DNA of 61,622 nucleotides, the filler included. It is 10 parts of 10 records of this genome, joined end to end, with 100 filler letters (N's around TTAATTAATTAA, not from the genome) between each part and the next. Parts side by side here need not be neighbours in the genome. Positions count along the whole stretch, not along the records: positions 49,975 to 55,141 come from SRR31147125_101458; positions 55,242 to 61,622 come from SRR31147125_101466; 8 more parts are not named here. One strand, written 5' to 3'. The position numbers were made by a program, and so were the translations under genes. Shown here piece by piece: positions 49,976-60,780 of this stretch; positions within the stretch are counted from its first letter, which is position 1, and each line of letters opens with the position of its first letter. Below the pieces are notes generated by a model. The model had not been told where the DNA came from. It saw only the letters and a program-made list of their open reading frames with translations, and did not search any database.

Positions 49976-52591
49976 AAAAATGCACTATCTCCAAATGGAT
50001 TAGTTTCTTTGATGAAGTTACGGCCTGAAATTGCAAAGGAACTCATACTGGCCCTATGTATCAATCCTCCCCGGCGTGAATACGATCATGGAAGCCCCCT
50101 TTCAAACGAATGGTGTGGGATTCAATCCTCATACGATGGTTATTCAGCCATGTATACAGAAGGTCCTTTCTGGACTTTTCTTCAAATAAATCCTGATCAT
50201 GCAATAGATACCATTATCTGTTTTGTGAATTTTGGAACTGAGCGTTTTTGCGAGCATATGAAAGGACATGGGGACAGAGGTCTATACGACACGACCCTAA
50301 CCTTGCCAAGTGGCGAAGTCGATTACATTGGAGATCACAGGGTATATGGTTTTTTCAGAAGCGAAACGTTTAATAGCAAATATTTATCGTCAGCTTTGAT
50401 GGCTCTCGAAAAATGGCTCTATGATTTGATGGAGGAAGGGAAAGAGGTTGATAAGTGGATTGAGGTTGTTCTTACTGAGGGACGTTCCGTAGCTTTTTTA
50501 GGTGTTTTGGTCGAGTTAGGGAAAAAGCATCAAGAGTTGTTTGAAGGTCCGCTCCTTCCACTTTTTGGAGTCTGGAATATTTATCAGCTTGACCACCGAC
50601 TAATAATGGACAACAAATCTCCAGGACTGTTAATGATGGGATGGTCGATGCAGGGGGAGCAGGCATATAATTTAGCTCGGGATTGGCACTTGCAGGAACA
50701 CCGAAAGGTGGTTCTTCTGGAAATTGCTCAGTTGAAATTCTGGAACAGTCAGCCAGTCAGAGAGTTTTTTAATGATATGTACAAAAAATGGACTGCCGAT
50801 GATGCGATTCGTGAGAAGACAAAACATGTAGCCGAACGATTTAATCCAGATAATTTCACCTTTCATGAGAGAGACAACGGATCGGGTATTGAGATTCATT
50901 TCAATTGGCCTGAGCAAATGAGAGAAGAAAACAAATCGGTTTTAAAGAACTCTCAGGAAAATATGACCCTCATTTCATTCCCAGTAAGATGTAGGCAAAT
51001 ATTAGACGGTGAGGAACAACTTACAGAGGACAATGTTCGGTCATTTTGGGAACAGATTCAACATATAGATTCAATGTCAGAACAGGATATCGAGGATGAA
51101 CACGTTAGCCTGAGAGCGGATGCGATCTGTGGTGGTATTGCGGTTCTTTTTATTAATCACCGAGGTTGGATGGAAAAGAATTCAGATAAAACTGAATGGT
51201 CCTTGGACTACCTGTTCGCTACGCTTTCCAACCCACCCTCTCGCCCCCAATTTGATTTTGAGAATTCTGTAAAAAATTGGGGTTGGGATACTTTTGCTGG
51301 AGAAACAGCAGTACAACTGTTGGCTGAAATGCCTGACAATAAAGATATTCGGGCAGCAGCAGCGATGGGAGTAATGGCCTATCACGAAGATGCGGCTAAA
51401 TTCACGCTCACGCGAGGTTACAAAATAAGGGATCAACTGGGCGTTGAATTCACTAAACTCCTCAACGTGGGGCTCCTATGGGCAACTCTGAAATACATTC
51501 GTCCCAAAGGCCATCAAGAAAAGGAATATAAACGCTGGCTGCGATGGAGCCGTAAGCTTATCGAGTGGTATGCAAATGATCAAATTCCAGAATCTATATA
51601 TTCTCTTTCCAGGTTAGTTGTCGGAGGAAGATATCATTTTAGTTTGCGCCAGACGAAGTTAAAAAAAGAGAAATCCCCAGACTTCAGATTTGTTCCCGAC
51701 GAATGGAATCTCGGGATCGATGAAGGAACTTTGCAAAAGGCATTTGGTTGGTTAAGTGAGGCTATGCCAAACGATCCCCACTTGCCCGTAGGATTATTGG
51801 ATCAACTTTGTCAGGAGCTTGTTCATTTTAGTATAGGCAAGGCTCAGCTAAAAGATTACGAGGCTTCTAATTATCAGAAATCTGAAATCCCAAGAAATTT
51901 TGACCAATGGGTATTTGAATTGGTTGCCCGGTTTACCGGTATGAGCAATGATCAAGCACAAGCATCCAAGTTTTGGAAACCGATATTTGATCCGGGCCCA
52001 GCTCTTAATCATTGGCCAGAGTTTTTTTTAATGAGTTGGTTTTCAACAGGCTATGAAGCCGCTGGAAATTCTAAAAATTTTTCAACCCACTGGATAGCGA
52101 TGATCGACTTTGTCCAAAACCACGATGCATGGCCCTCAAAAGGGCGTAAATCAATGGATGCAGTTGAGACTTTTGAAGAATTACTTGGAATGCGACATTC
52201 GATGAGGAGAGTCGAGGATCAGAACTTCCAAAAGATAATGGAGGCCCTGCTACCTCGTTATAAAATTTGGAAAGAAACTTACCTTAGGAACTCATTGCAA
52301 GGGTTTTGTCGATTACTTTCCAAGCCTTCAGCAAAGCCCTTGAGAATTTCTGGTTTGAACTGGGTACATGAACTTCTTGTTCAAGATGGAAACAAACCCT
52401 ATATTCGGGATAATGAATACGATTCTATCTACACCATGCTTAGAGTCATTTGGGCTGAACTCAAATCAGAGTTAAGGCTCGATTTGGAACTCAAAGATAA
52501 ATTCCTCGATCTAGTGACATGGTTAGTTCAAAGGCAATATGCTGGGGCATTAGAGTTTCAAGATGAGATATCACGAATTCGGGGTACATGA
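49976..52591 (+). CDS. C-terminal part of a very large helical-repeat protein, possibly Avs/STAND-type
   Basis: More than 870 aa, open to the contig edge, Trp-rich and helical; GPFWTFLQINP..AIDTII.FVN and LMALEKWL motifs. No NTPase motif within the fragment. Confidence 0.55.
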   Translation, partial: KNALSPNGLVSLMKLRPEIAKELILALCINPPRREYDHGSPLSNEWCGIQSSYDGYSAMYTEGPFWTFLQINPDHAIDTIICFVNFGTERFCEHMKGHGDRGLYDTTLTLPSGEVDYIGDHRVYGFFRSETFNSKYLSSALMALEKWLYDLMEEGKEVDKWIEVVLTEGRSVAFLGVLVELGKKHQELFEGPLLPLFGVWNIYQLDHRLIMDNKSPGLLMMGWSMQGEQAYNLARDWHLQEHRKVVLLEIAQLKFWNSQPVREFFNDMYKKWTADDAIREKTKHVAERFNPDNFTFHERDNGSGIEIHFNWPEQMREENKSVLKNSQENMTLISFPVRCRQILDGEEQLTEDNVRSFWEQIQHIDSMSEQDIEDEHVSLRADAICGGIAVLFINHRGWMEKNSDKTEWSLDYLFATLSNPPSRPQFDFENSVKNWGWDTFAGETAVQLLAEMPDNKDIRAAAAMGVMAYHEDAAKFTLTRGYKIRDQLGVEFTKLLNVGLLWATLKYIRPKGHQEKEYKRWLRWSRKLIEWYANDQIPESIYSLSRLVVGGRYHFSLRQTKLKKEKSPDFRFVPDEWNLGIDEGTLQKAFGWLSEAMPNDPHLPVGLLDQLCQELVHFSIGKAQLKDYEASNYQKSEIPRNFDQWVFELVARFTGMSNDQAQASKFWKPIFDPGPALNHWPEFFLMSWFSTGYEAAGNSKNFSTHWIAMIDFVQNHDAWPSKGRKSMDAVETFEELLGMRHSMRRVEDQNFQKIMEALLPRYKIWKETYLRNSLQGFCRLLSKPSAKPLRISGLNWVHELLVQDGNKPYIRDNEYDSIYTMLRVIWAELKSELRLDLELKDKFLDLVTWLVQRQYAGALEFQDEISRIRGT

Positions 52592-52657
52592 TACTTAATT
52601 CCAACAAGTGAAATACTGACGGATAAACCGCAGATTTCATTCAGCAACAGGAAAAAC

Positions 52658-52834
52658 ATGAGAGTATATCATTTTTTATCTGAATACTATGCAATAGATG
52701 ATTTGAAAAAGAAACGCCTTAAGATATCACGAATCAGTGAGTTAAATGATCCGTTTGAGTTGATGGCTTATGAATTAAACTGTAATGGGGTCGGGCCGCA
52801 CCAACCTGTTGAAATGATAACAAATCACCTTTAA
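52658..52834 (+). pseudogene. truncated DUF2971-like gene
   Basis: MRVYHFLSEYYAIDDLKKKRLKISRISELNDPFE N-terminus; similarity stops at about codon 43, where GGGGTCGGGCC begins. Confidence 0.65.
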
Positions 52835-52884
52835 AAACACCTCGATTTTGGGCCTATATCCCACTTTTCGGGGCCAAAAAGAGC
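52787..52884 (-). repeat. RAYT-end-like sequence
   Basis: Reverse complement TTTGGCCCCGAAAAG...TCATTTCAACAGGTTGGTGCGGCCCGACCCC has the same layout as 8646-8730 and 10324-10413. Confidence 0.5.
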
Positions 52885-52954
52885 AATATAGAAAACCAAA
52901 ACGGAATATTCAAACAAACCAAATGAAGACGGGTAAACCGCTTATTTGGAATCG

Positions 52955-54019
52955 TTAAAGCCACCAGTACCCCTGGATATCAAGATTAGTAAGCCCCATT
53001 TTTTTTGCTCTTTTTACAACCTTTTTATATTCATTGCCGGTTATTCTCCTAGATAACTCCGGATAATTATAAGCTTTATAGAGCGGGTTATACTGTGCCA
53101 TGATATTAACATATGTATCTTTTGGCAGATTTTCTGCAATCCATACCATAATGTTTTCCGAACCAGCGGTATTATTTGGCATCACCAAATGCCGGATCAT
53201 CAGTCCTCTTTGCATAATGCCATCTTTTTTAGGGTGTGCCGCGCCAACTTGACGGTGCATCTCAAGGATTGCCCGGCCTGTTATTTCAGGATAACTCTTT
53301 GCTCCGGATGAATATTTTGCAGCCATGTCACTCTCCCAGTATTTGAAATCAGGCAGATAAATATCAACGATGCCGTCAAGAATCTTGAGTATCTCCAGAC
53401 GTTCCCACCCGGACGTGTTGTACACAACCGGCAGACGCATTCCTGATCCTGCGGCAATATCAAGTGCTTTAACGATGATTGCGGAATAATGTGTCGGGGT
53501 GACAAAATTTATATTGTGACACCCGATTTTTTGCAGTGCAAGCATCATCCCGGCCAGTTCCTCAATATTACTTTGCTTTCCCCTGCCAAGCTGGGCGATT
53601 TCCCAGTTTTGACAGAAGACACAGCGTAAATTGCAATGTGTTAAAAAAATCGTCCCTGAACCGCCTTTGCCAACAAGGGGCTTTTCTTCACCAAAATGCT
53701 GATGAAACGAGGAAACAACAAGTGTTGCACCAGGCGTATGACAGAATCCACTTTTTCCTTTCAGACGGTTCACACCACATTTTCTGGGACAGAGTCGGCA
53801 GCTTTCCATAATGGTCCAGAGTTCTTCAGCCCGCTTTTTCAGTTCGCCTGTTTTGTGAAGTTTCAGATAAGCCGGTCTAAAAGCCGCTGTTGTATTGCCG
53901 CCAGCTTCTGTGGCAAGGCCGGCAAAGAAGCCCGAAGATATCCCTGCTGTGAAACAGAACCTGGATGTGTGTTTTAAAAAATGTCTTCGTGTACATGGAT
54001 TAAGAAAAAAAACTTTCAT
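52955..54019 (-). CDS. radical SAM protein (PflX-like) with a twin-arginine-type N-terminus
   Basis: CRLCPRKC, HFGEE, GSGTIF, CNLRCVFCQN, NINFVTPTH, DIYLPDFKY, RHLVMP; TRRHFLK. Confidence 0.9.
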   Translation of the reverse strand: MKVFFLNPCTRRHFLKHTSRFCFTAGISSGFFAGLATEAGGNTTAAFRPAYLKLHKTGELKKRAEELWTIMESCRLCPRKCGVNRLKGKSGFCHTPGATLVVSSFHQHFGEEKPLVGKGGSGTIFLTHCNLRCVFCQNWEIAQLGRGKQSNIEELAGMMLALQKIGCHNINFVTPTHYSAIIVKALDIAAGSGMRLPVVYNTSGWERLEILKILDGIVDIYLPDFKYWESDMAAKYSSGAKSYPEITGRAILEMHRQVGAAHPKKDGIMQRGLMIRHLVMPNNTAGSENIMVWIAENLPKDTYVNIMAQYNPLYKAYNYPELSRRITGNEYKKVVKRAKKMGLTNLDIQGYWWL

Positions 54020-54033
54020 GTTAACGTCCTCCT

Positions 54034-55141
54034 CTATGCCCCCAGCCCCGGGTCAGACTGGGTGATCAGGACAAGAAAACTTGTTAATTTCAGGAGCCCC
54101 ACCGTGATGCAGGTGCCGGTAAGACCAAGAACAGGCAACAGAACAACAGCGCCTGCAATGCCTCCAAACCACCCGCCCAGCAGGTCACAGGCATAAATTA
54201 GCCCGGCGGTCCTGCTTACACTTGTCCTGTTATTTATGTATAACTTGTTGGCCAGGGGAAATTGAGCACCAATTAACAGCCCGCATATAAATGAAACAAC
54301 CAGAAACAGAATCTTGAAAAGAATAAATCCGCCCGGACTGCTTAAGATTGTATGGGCAGCAGAAAATATAAAAGGCCATGCAAATGAAAAACAGATGATT
54401 ACCAGGTCAATTTTTATAAACAGGTTAACACACTGTTTCATCCGTGCCGCGACTTTTTCTAAAATTATTGCTCCAAAAGCAGCCCCGGCCATAAAAGATG
54501 ATACAAGAAGCCCGATCCATGAAAACACATGTCCATATATTGATTGAAATGTAAAAATCAGCATCAGATCAAATATCATTCCGGCAAAACCTGTTGTGAT
54601 AATGGATAAGGGGATGGCTGCCCTGAAGGATCGCCTCTGTTTTGATCGAAAAAAGACAAAAAGGAGAAGAAAAATAACAAAGGCAATACCAATACTCTTT
54701 ATGTTTATCCTCTCAAGTTGCCTGAAAAGACTGCTGAGTGAAGGCGCAAACAGCGCATTCCAATGGGAGATGCTGTAAAACATTCCTACGGGCTTAAAAT
54801 CGGAATTGACTTCCTGGCTGCTCCCTTCAAGAAACCGGGAGAACCAGTCCTGCCATCCATGATGCAGCTTTTTCTCGATATTCCAGGGAGCAACGCCAAT
54901 CGCTCTGATGTTACGGTGGTATAATCTTTCAATAATCTGTTTCTTATCAATGGTTGAAACATCCCGGGAATATGAAGAAAGGAAAATATTTTTTCCATCA
55001 CCAGGGATGACTTTAATATACGGAAAGGCCTGTTTCAGCGTATGAAAAATACAGGAGTTGAGGTTTTTCAATTCATCATTGGCGTACATCAAAGACCCGG
55101 GCAGTCCAAGGACAAGGATGCCCCCCTTATTCAGTTTTTTT
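54034..55141 (-). CDS. membrane-fused spermidine-synthase-like protein, C-terminal part
   Basis: NSDFKP, TGFAGM...FTFQSIYG, GAQFPLA, YACDLLGGWFGG. Confidence 0.8.
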
Positions 55142-55241
55142 NNNNNNNNNNNNNNNNNNNNNNNNNNNNNNNNNNNNNNNNNNNNTTAATTAATTAANNN
55201 NNNNNNNNNNNNNNNNNNNNNNNNNNNNNNNNNNNNNNNNN
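55142..55241. other. artificial contig-joining spacer
   Basis: N44-TTAATTAATTAA-N44. Confidence 0.98.
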
Positions 55242-55369
55242 GGGAAAACCACTTCAGTCCCCCGAATGTGGATAAATCCGGCTTGTTTTCGCGAAACAAC
55301 CCCCTTTGATGTGCCCGATCAGGCACAAAAGCTTTCTAAACCGGCAGTAATTGCCGAAAGGAGGACCTT

Positions 55370-57978
55370 ATGAGACTCGTAAGAAAAGCAGAAACAACGA
55401 AATCGAATTTAAGCGTAATAGCGGTTTGCGCCCTCATTTTCGCAATTGTCGGATTGGCTCTCGTGATAATTCTTTTTGAGGGATGTCATTTTCCAAAGAA
55501 AGCACACGCCGACACTTTGGCAAGCTCAGACAAATTTAAAACAGAAGCGGGACTTTATCTTTGCGCTGGTTGCGAGCAAAAAGAACGCTACCGAATTAAA
55601 GCCATTAAAACACCGGATGCGCAAATCATCAAAAAGGACAAGTCTCTTTCTCCGTATTTTTTCGTCAAAAGCGAGGATGACAGTACAGACAAGCTGCCGC
55701 TAAAAGCTACAAGAGCGGATGTGAAAATCAGCGGTGTTATCGCCGCCGTCAAGGTGACGCAGGTTTATAAAAACGAAGGCAACAACACGCTTGAAGCAAT
55801 CTATGTTTTCCCTGCATCTACCAAAGCTTCGGTTCACGCGATGAAGATGTATATCGGTGAGCGCACAATTGAAGCAAAAATCGAGGAAAAGCAAAAAGCG
55901 AGACGTGATTACGAAATAGCAAAGCGTGAAGGGCGAACCGGATCGCTACTGGAGCAGAAGCGACCAAACGTATTCCAGATGAACGTAGCCAATATTCTTC
56001 CCGGAGATGAAATCAAGGTTGAGCTACTCTACAGCGAACTGCTCGTTCCTGAAGCGAATGTCTATGAGTTTGTTTACCCAACCGTGGTTGGTCCAAGGTA
56101 CTCGAATCAAAAAATTGATGGCGATAGCAGGACAGATGATTCATGGATTGCCAATCCTTATCTTAATGAGGGCGAAAAACCAAGCTATAGTTTTGATCTC
56201 GATATCGAAATGCAATCAGGAATTCCGGTTGCCGGTATAGGGTCGCCATCGCATGATTGTCTGATTAGCTACGACGACAAAAACAAGGTCAGTTTGTCGG
56301 TTGATGACAAAAAAGGTGGCAACAGGGATTTTGTTCTCAGATACAAACTAAGTGGCAGCAAAATCGAAACCGGACTTTTGCTATTTTCCGGCGAAAAGGA
56401 AAACTTCTTTTGCAAATGGTTCAACCACCGAAAAAAGTGCAAACGAATGAAATCGTTGGCCGTGAATATGTTTTCATCGTTGATGTTTCAGGATCGATGC
56501 ACGGATTTCCTTTGGAAGTCAGCAAAAAGCTGATGCGCAATCTTTTATCAAAACTTCGCCCAAGCGATCATTTCAATATCCTGCAATTCGCTTCAGGAAA
56601 TGCCGTTTATAAAAGTCACTCGGTACAAGCGACAAATAGAAATATCCATCAGGCAACGCAATTTATCAATCGCTCACAAGGGTCTGGCGGAACGAATCTT
56701 TTACCGGCTCTTAAAAAAGCCTTGAACCTGCCACGAATTGAAAACTCCTCGCGCATTGTTGTAGTCGTTACAGATGGTTATGTATCTGTAGAAAAGGAAT
56801 CATTCGAGCTTATCCGAAACAATCTTGGCAAGGCGAATCTCTTTTCGTTCGGCATTGGGTCAAGCGTCAACCGCTTCATTATTGAAGGTATGGCAAGAGC
56901 AGGTATGGGAGAGCCATTTGTAATTCTCAATCAGAAAGAAGCAGATAAAAAAGCCGAACGTTTTCGTAAGTACATTTCAAGCCCTGTACTAAACGACATC
57001 AAGGTAAATTTCGATGGCTTCGAGGCATATGATGTAGAGCCGCAATCGATCCCTGATCTTTTCGCCGCTCGTCCGATTATCATTTTCGGTAAATATAAAA
57101 ACGAGGCATCAGGGGAAATCGTCATCACCGGTAAAAGTTCGGATGGTGAATTCAGACATGTTACCGAAGTTTCTGATTATAGCGAAAGTGATAGCAACCA
57201 GGCTTTGAAATATCTCTGGGCAAGACACAAGGTGACAATGCTTGCCGATATGCAGAAAGTCGCTCCCTATTCCAAACTGGAAAAAGAAATCACCAAACTT
57301 GGACTCGATTACAATATTCTTACCAACTACACTTCCTTTATAGCTCTCGATTCCGAAAGGCGAGCAACAGGAAAAAACGTTACAGTCAAACAACCTTTGC
57401 CGCTTCCTGAAGGTGTATCAAATTATGCTGTAGGTTCTGCTGGAATGGCCGCTGCTCCAATGAAGGGCGCAAGCGGTGGCGGATATGGAAGAGGAGTATT
57501 GAATCGGGTTTTGGGATACAAGGCAAAGCGAAGTTCAGAAAAATCGATAGCTCCTGATATGGATATGGCTGAGCCCATGGAAGAGTTGGAGGATGAAAAG
57601 AGAGTTACAAGAGGAAACGGCAAAGGAGTCGGATATAGAGGAAAGGTTATACGAGCCAATATAGCTCATGCTAATTTTAAGGTAGATGGAAAAAAAGCTG
57701 GCAAAATTTATAAACGGCAGTGGAAAAGATACTTGCCTAGGATAAAGAGACTATACGTAAAACATCTAAAGAAAAATCCGACAATCAACGGCAAAATAGA
57801 AGTTGTTTTGACTCTTAGCAAAAAAGGCAAAGTGATTAAAGTCAAATTTGATAGCAATACTATCAAGGACAAGAATTTTGTAAATGCTCTTAATAAAATG
57901 CTAATGACATTGCGATTTTCAAGACCAAAAATCTCCAAAGAATTCAAAATAAGCTACAAACTGATTTTCAAAAACTGA
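55370..57978 (+). CDS. VIT + VWA domain protein with C-terminal AgmX/PglI (TonB-C-like) domain; frameshift near 56408
   Basis: EAIYVFP, VANILPG and VVGPRY (VIT); DVSGSM, TDG and GIG (VWA MIDAS); YVKHLKKNPTINGKI...LRFSRP. Confidence 0.88.
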
Positions 57979-58052
57979 CCTGATTGCTTCTTAAACCTTG
58001 GGCGGTTTTAATGCCGCCCAAGATGGAAACCAAAGCTCTAAAGGAGGATGTT

Positions 58053-59490
58053 ATGCCTCGAAAAAAATACAGAAATACACGATTGTTTATAAAAGGAAAT
58101 CAAGGAAGCGACGTTATGATCTGGAGCCAATTCCCAAAAATATCGATCATGGTGGGAAAGGCGTAAAAGTTCTTGAGCTACGTGAAGTGCTTTGGGACAA
58201 CACTCTTTCGGATGTTTTGCATTTCGAGCGACCAGTGACTGTTACTATCGGCACAAAACGAAATTGCACATTAAGACTCTACGATGACAAAATGCCCAAG
58301 GATGTGTTTCCATTGATAGAACCAGCAGAATCCGGTGGAATAAAAGTAAATTTCACAAGAGAAATGGAAGGGCAAGTTATAGAGGGTTATCGAAGTTTCA
58401 GCTTTAAAGAAGCCATCGAAACTAAAAAAGCCACACAAAAAAATAATATATACAATTTGGAAATAACACCGGAGATGGCGATAGTTATCAAGTTCGGATC
58501 AATCAAATATTATCTTCATTTTGTCTCAAAAGAAAAGCTGAACAAAGTTCCATTGCTAAATCAGATTGACTATCCTTTTACTTCGATCTCTTTGATTCTT
58601 GCTATGACCTACCTTTGTTCTGCTGCATATCTCAGAAGTATGCCATCACCAGAGATTGCGGATATTCTGGATGATGAAACTGACGAACGAACGATGTTTG
58701 TACCGAATTTGATAGATAATAAGGATGAACCGACACCTGTGAAAACACCCAAAAAACTCGCAAAAAAGCCTGGTGGTCAAATGGATTCGGAAGGCAAAAT
58801 CGGTGAAGAAAAAAGCGATCTTGATAAAACAAAAGGGTCTGCCAGAAAAAGGCTTGAGGACAAACAAGTCGCTCATGGTGCCGGCATACTTGGTGCGCTT
58901 GATTCTGGTGATGAAAGTATGGACATGTTATTCGGTAGCGGATCACTAGGTTCCGATCTCGATAAAATGCTCGGCATGACGACAGGATTAAGTGGAATGA
59001 GTATGCGTGGAACAGGTGGACTTGGTTCTCGTGGTGCCGGTTTGGGAGGTGTTGGGTCATCTCTCGGAATAGGGGGGCTTGGGACTCGTGGTCGAGGAGG
59101 TAAAAATAGCCGCTATGGTTTCGATGCCGGGGATAATTTGAAAAAGCGAAAATTTAGCGTCAAGCTTGATACAAAAGCTGTCGCGATTTTAGGAGGTATG
59201 GACAAGTCGGTGATTTCGAGAATAATCAAAAAAGGCATTCGCAATTTAGATATTGCTATCAGAAAGAACTCAACAAAAATCCGGGATTATATGGCAAGGT
59301 TTCGGTCAAGTTTACCATTTCTCCCGATGGTTCTGTCAGATCCTCGGTTATAAAAGTTTCAACAATGAGAAATCATAATGTTGAAGAGTGCGTAGCAAAA
59401 ACAATGAAACGAATTATTTTCCCTAAACCCTATGATAATGGCTACGTAATTGTTACCTATCCGTTCCTATTCAATTCAGCAGCAGGGTGA
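58053..59490 (+). CDS. GltG-like / AgmX-PglI C-terminal-domain TonB-family protein; frameshifts near 58064 and 59230
   Basis: AAGGAGG RBS and ATG 58053, TM helix, Gly-rich GIGGLGTRGRGG, then FRYCYQKELNKNPGLYGKVSVKFTISPDG...FPKP...VTYPFLF in the next frame. Confidence 0.82.
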
Positions 59491-59496
59491 TGATAG

Positions 59497-59518
59497 GCGG
59501 GCGAGTTAACTCGCCCGC
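59497..59518. terminator. perfect 22-bp palindrome between convergent genes
   Basis: GCGGGCGAGTTAACTCGCCCGC; contains the NUDIX stop codon. Confidence 0.6.
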
Positions 59519-60006
59519 TTCTCTTTTTGTTTGTCGAGCCATTTGGCAAGAGCAAGACCGGTTCCCACAGGCCAGGGGCGAACCTTTTCGATTGGGATCG
59601 ATTTGTACTCTGCCAGTTCATCACCAAGCTTAACTTCACCTGTAACATTTACCTGATAAGTGAGAATCAACTGATTGTTTTTTTCAAATGTATCTATAGA
59701 CACAAGTTCCATGACTTCGCCCAAAAGTCCAAGCTCTTCCTGTACTTCTCGAACTACCCCAACTTTCGGATCCTCGTTTTGTTCGAGAAAGCCTGTAATA
59801 AGGCCGAACATTTTTTCCGGCCAGAGTTTGTTTCTGGCGATAATCACTTCTCCATCCCGAACAACAATTGCGGCAACAACAGGGGTAGGGTTATTCCAGA
59901 AAACAAAATCGCATTCATCGTTAGGGCATGCCAAACGCTCGAACCCGTCGATTTTTTTGGCTGCAAGTTCGCTTGAACATTGTGGGCAAAATTTATATTG
60001 AGTCAC
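59506..60006 (-). CDS. NUDIX hydrolase with N-terminal zinc ribbon
   Basis: FCPQC...CPNDEC, WNNPTP, Nudix box GFLEQNEDPKVGVVREVQEELG. Confidence 0.9.
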   Translation of the reverse strand: MTQYKFCPQCSSELAAKKIDGFERLACPNDECDFVFWNNPTPVVAAIVVRDGEVIIARNKLWPEKMFGLITGFLEQNEDPKVGVVREVQEELGLLGEVMELVSIDTFEKNNQLILTYQVNVTGEVKLGDELAEYKSIPIEKVRPWPVGTGLALAKWLDKQKEKRAS

Positions 60007-60027
60007 GAAACTCTCCGTAAATAAGAA

Positions 60028-60576
60028 TCAGTAAAGCCCTGGTTTACAAATAATTTCATTTATCTTGATGTCAAAGAAATTACTCTGGTTTTGCGGAGTT
60101 ACGACTAGTGCCGTGTCCGCGCCTTTGCTGGATCCGCCAACAGCAATAATTTTACTGCCATCGAGTGCGCCGGAATCCGCTGCCATAACGGAGACTTCTA
60201 AGGCGACTTTGGTTCCTTGTCCGAATAGTTTTAGTGTCTGAGCGACAAGCAAAACGGGATACATTCCGGGAAGCTTTTTCGATAAACCTCTCTCAACACC
60301 TGATAAGGCATGAGTGGCACATACTACTTTTATACCAGCATTTTCAAGTTCTTTTATTTCATCATCAGACAAAGTTAGCTTGAACGGCTCTTTGAAACCT
60401 GCGTGATAACTGACAGCCACGACCTTCATGTCTTTGCAAATTGCCTGAGCTTTTCTGGCGGTATTGCCTGTAGTTGTTGCAACTACTATCGTATCTATGC
60501 CGAGTTTTTTGGCCTTTTCATAAGCCAGTTCGATAACCTTATCTGTATTTTCTTGGCCTTTGTTTTCAAATATCAT
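60028..60576 (-). CDS. pyruvate kinase alpha/beta C-terminal-like protein (MTH1675 family)
   Basis: GQENT, VVATTTGNTA, THALSGVER, FGQGTKVA.E...AADSG, GGSSKGADTA. Confidence 0.88.
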   Translation of the reverse strand: MIFENKGQENTDKVIELAYEKAKKLGIDTIVVATTTGNTARKAQAICKDMKVVAVSYHAGFKEPFKLTLSDDEIKELENAGIKVVCATHALSGVERGLSKKLPGMYPVLLVAQTLKLFGQGTKVALEVSVMAADSGALDGSKIIAVGGSSKGADTALVVTPQNQSNFFDIKINEIICKPGLY

Positions 60577-60780
60577 AAGTTGTTCCTTTCAATAATTTGT
60601 GTTTTTCGATCTCAAGCCTTATAGGCTCGGAAGATATTAGCCTCGTTTCAAGCCAAACTCAAGGACATCTCCATATTTATCAATAAAAATTTGAATGAAC
60701 TATTGCCACTTGCAAAAATAATGATATAAATAATGTATACGTATCTAAATAAAATTTAACAGCTCTAAGAGGTGAAGCCA

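Noticed and set aside
7739-55241. Nine identical TTAATTAATTAA motifs at roughly regular intervals
   Set aside because: Each sits in the middle of a 100-nt N spacer and is an artificial six-frame-stop linker. It is not a biological repeat, and genes on either side are not neighbours.
2831-59490. About 15 frameshifted genes, suggesting pseudogenisation, phase variation or programmed frameshifting
   Set aside because: They occur in unrelated organisms, include conserved genes (nadC, sbcC, glmU), and mostly fall in homopolymer runs. Sequencing indel errors are the simplest explanation; read mapping would settle individual cases such as the flippase A9 and wzy T-runs.
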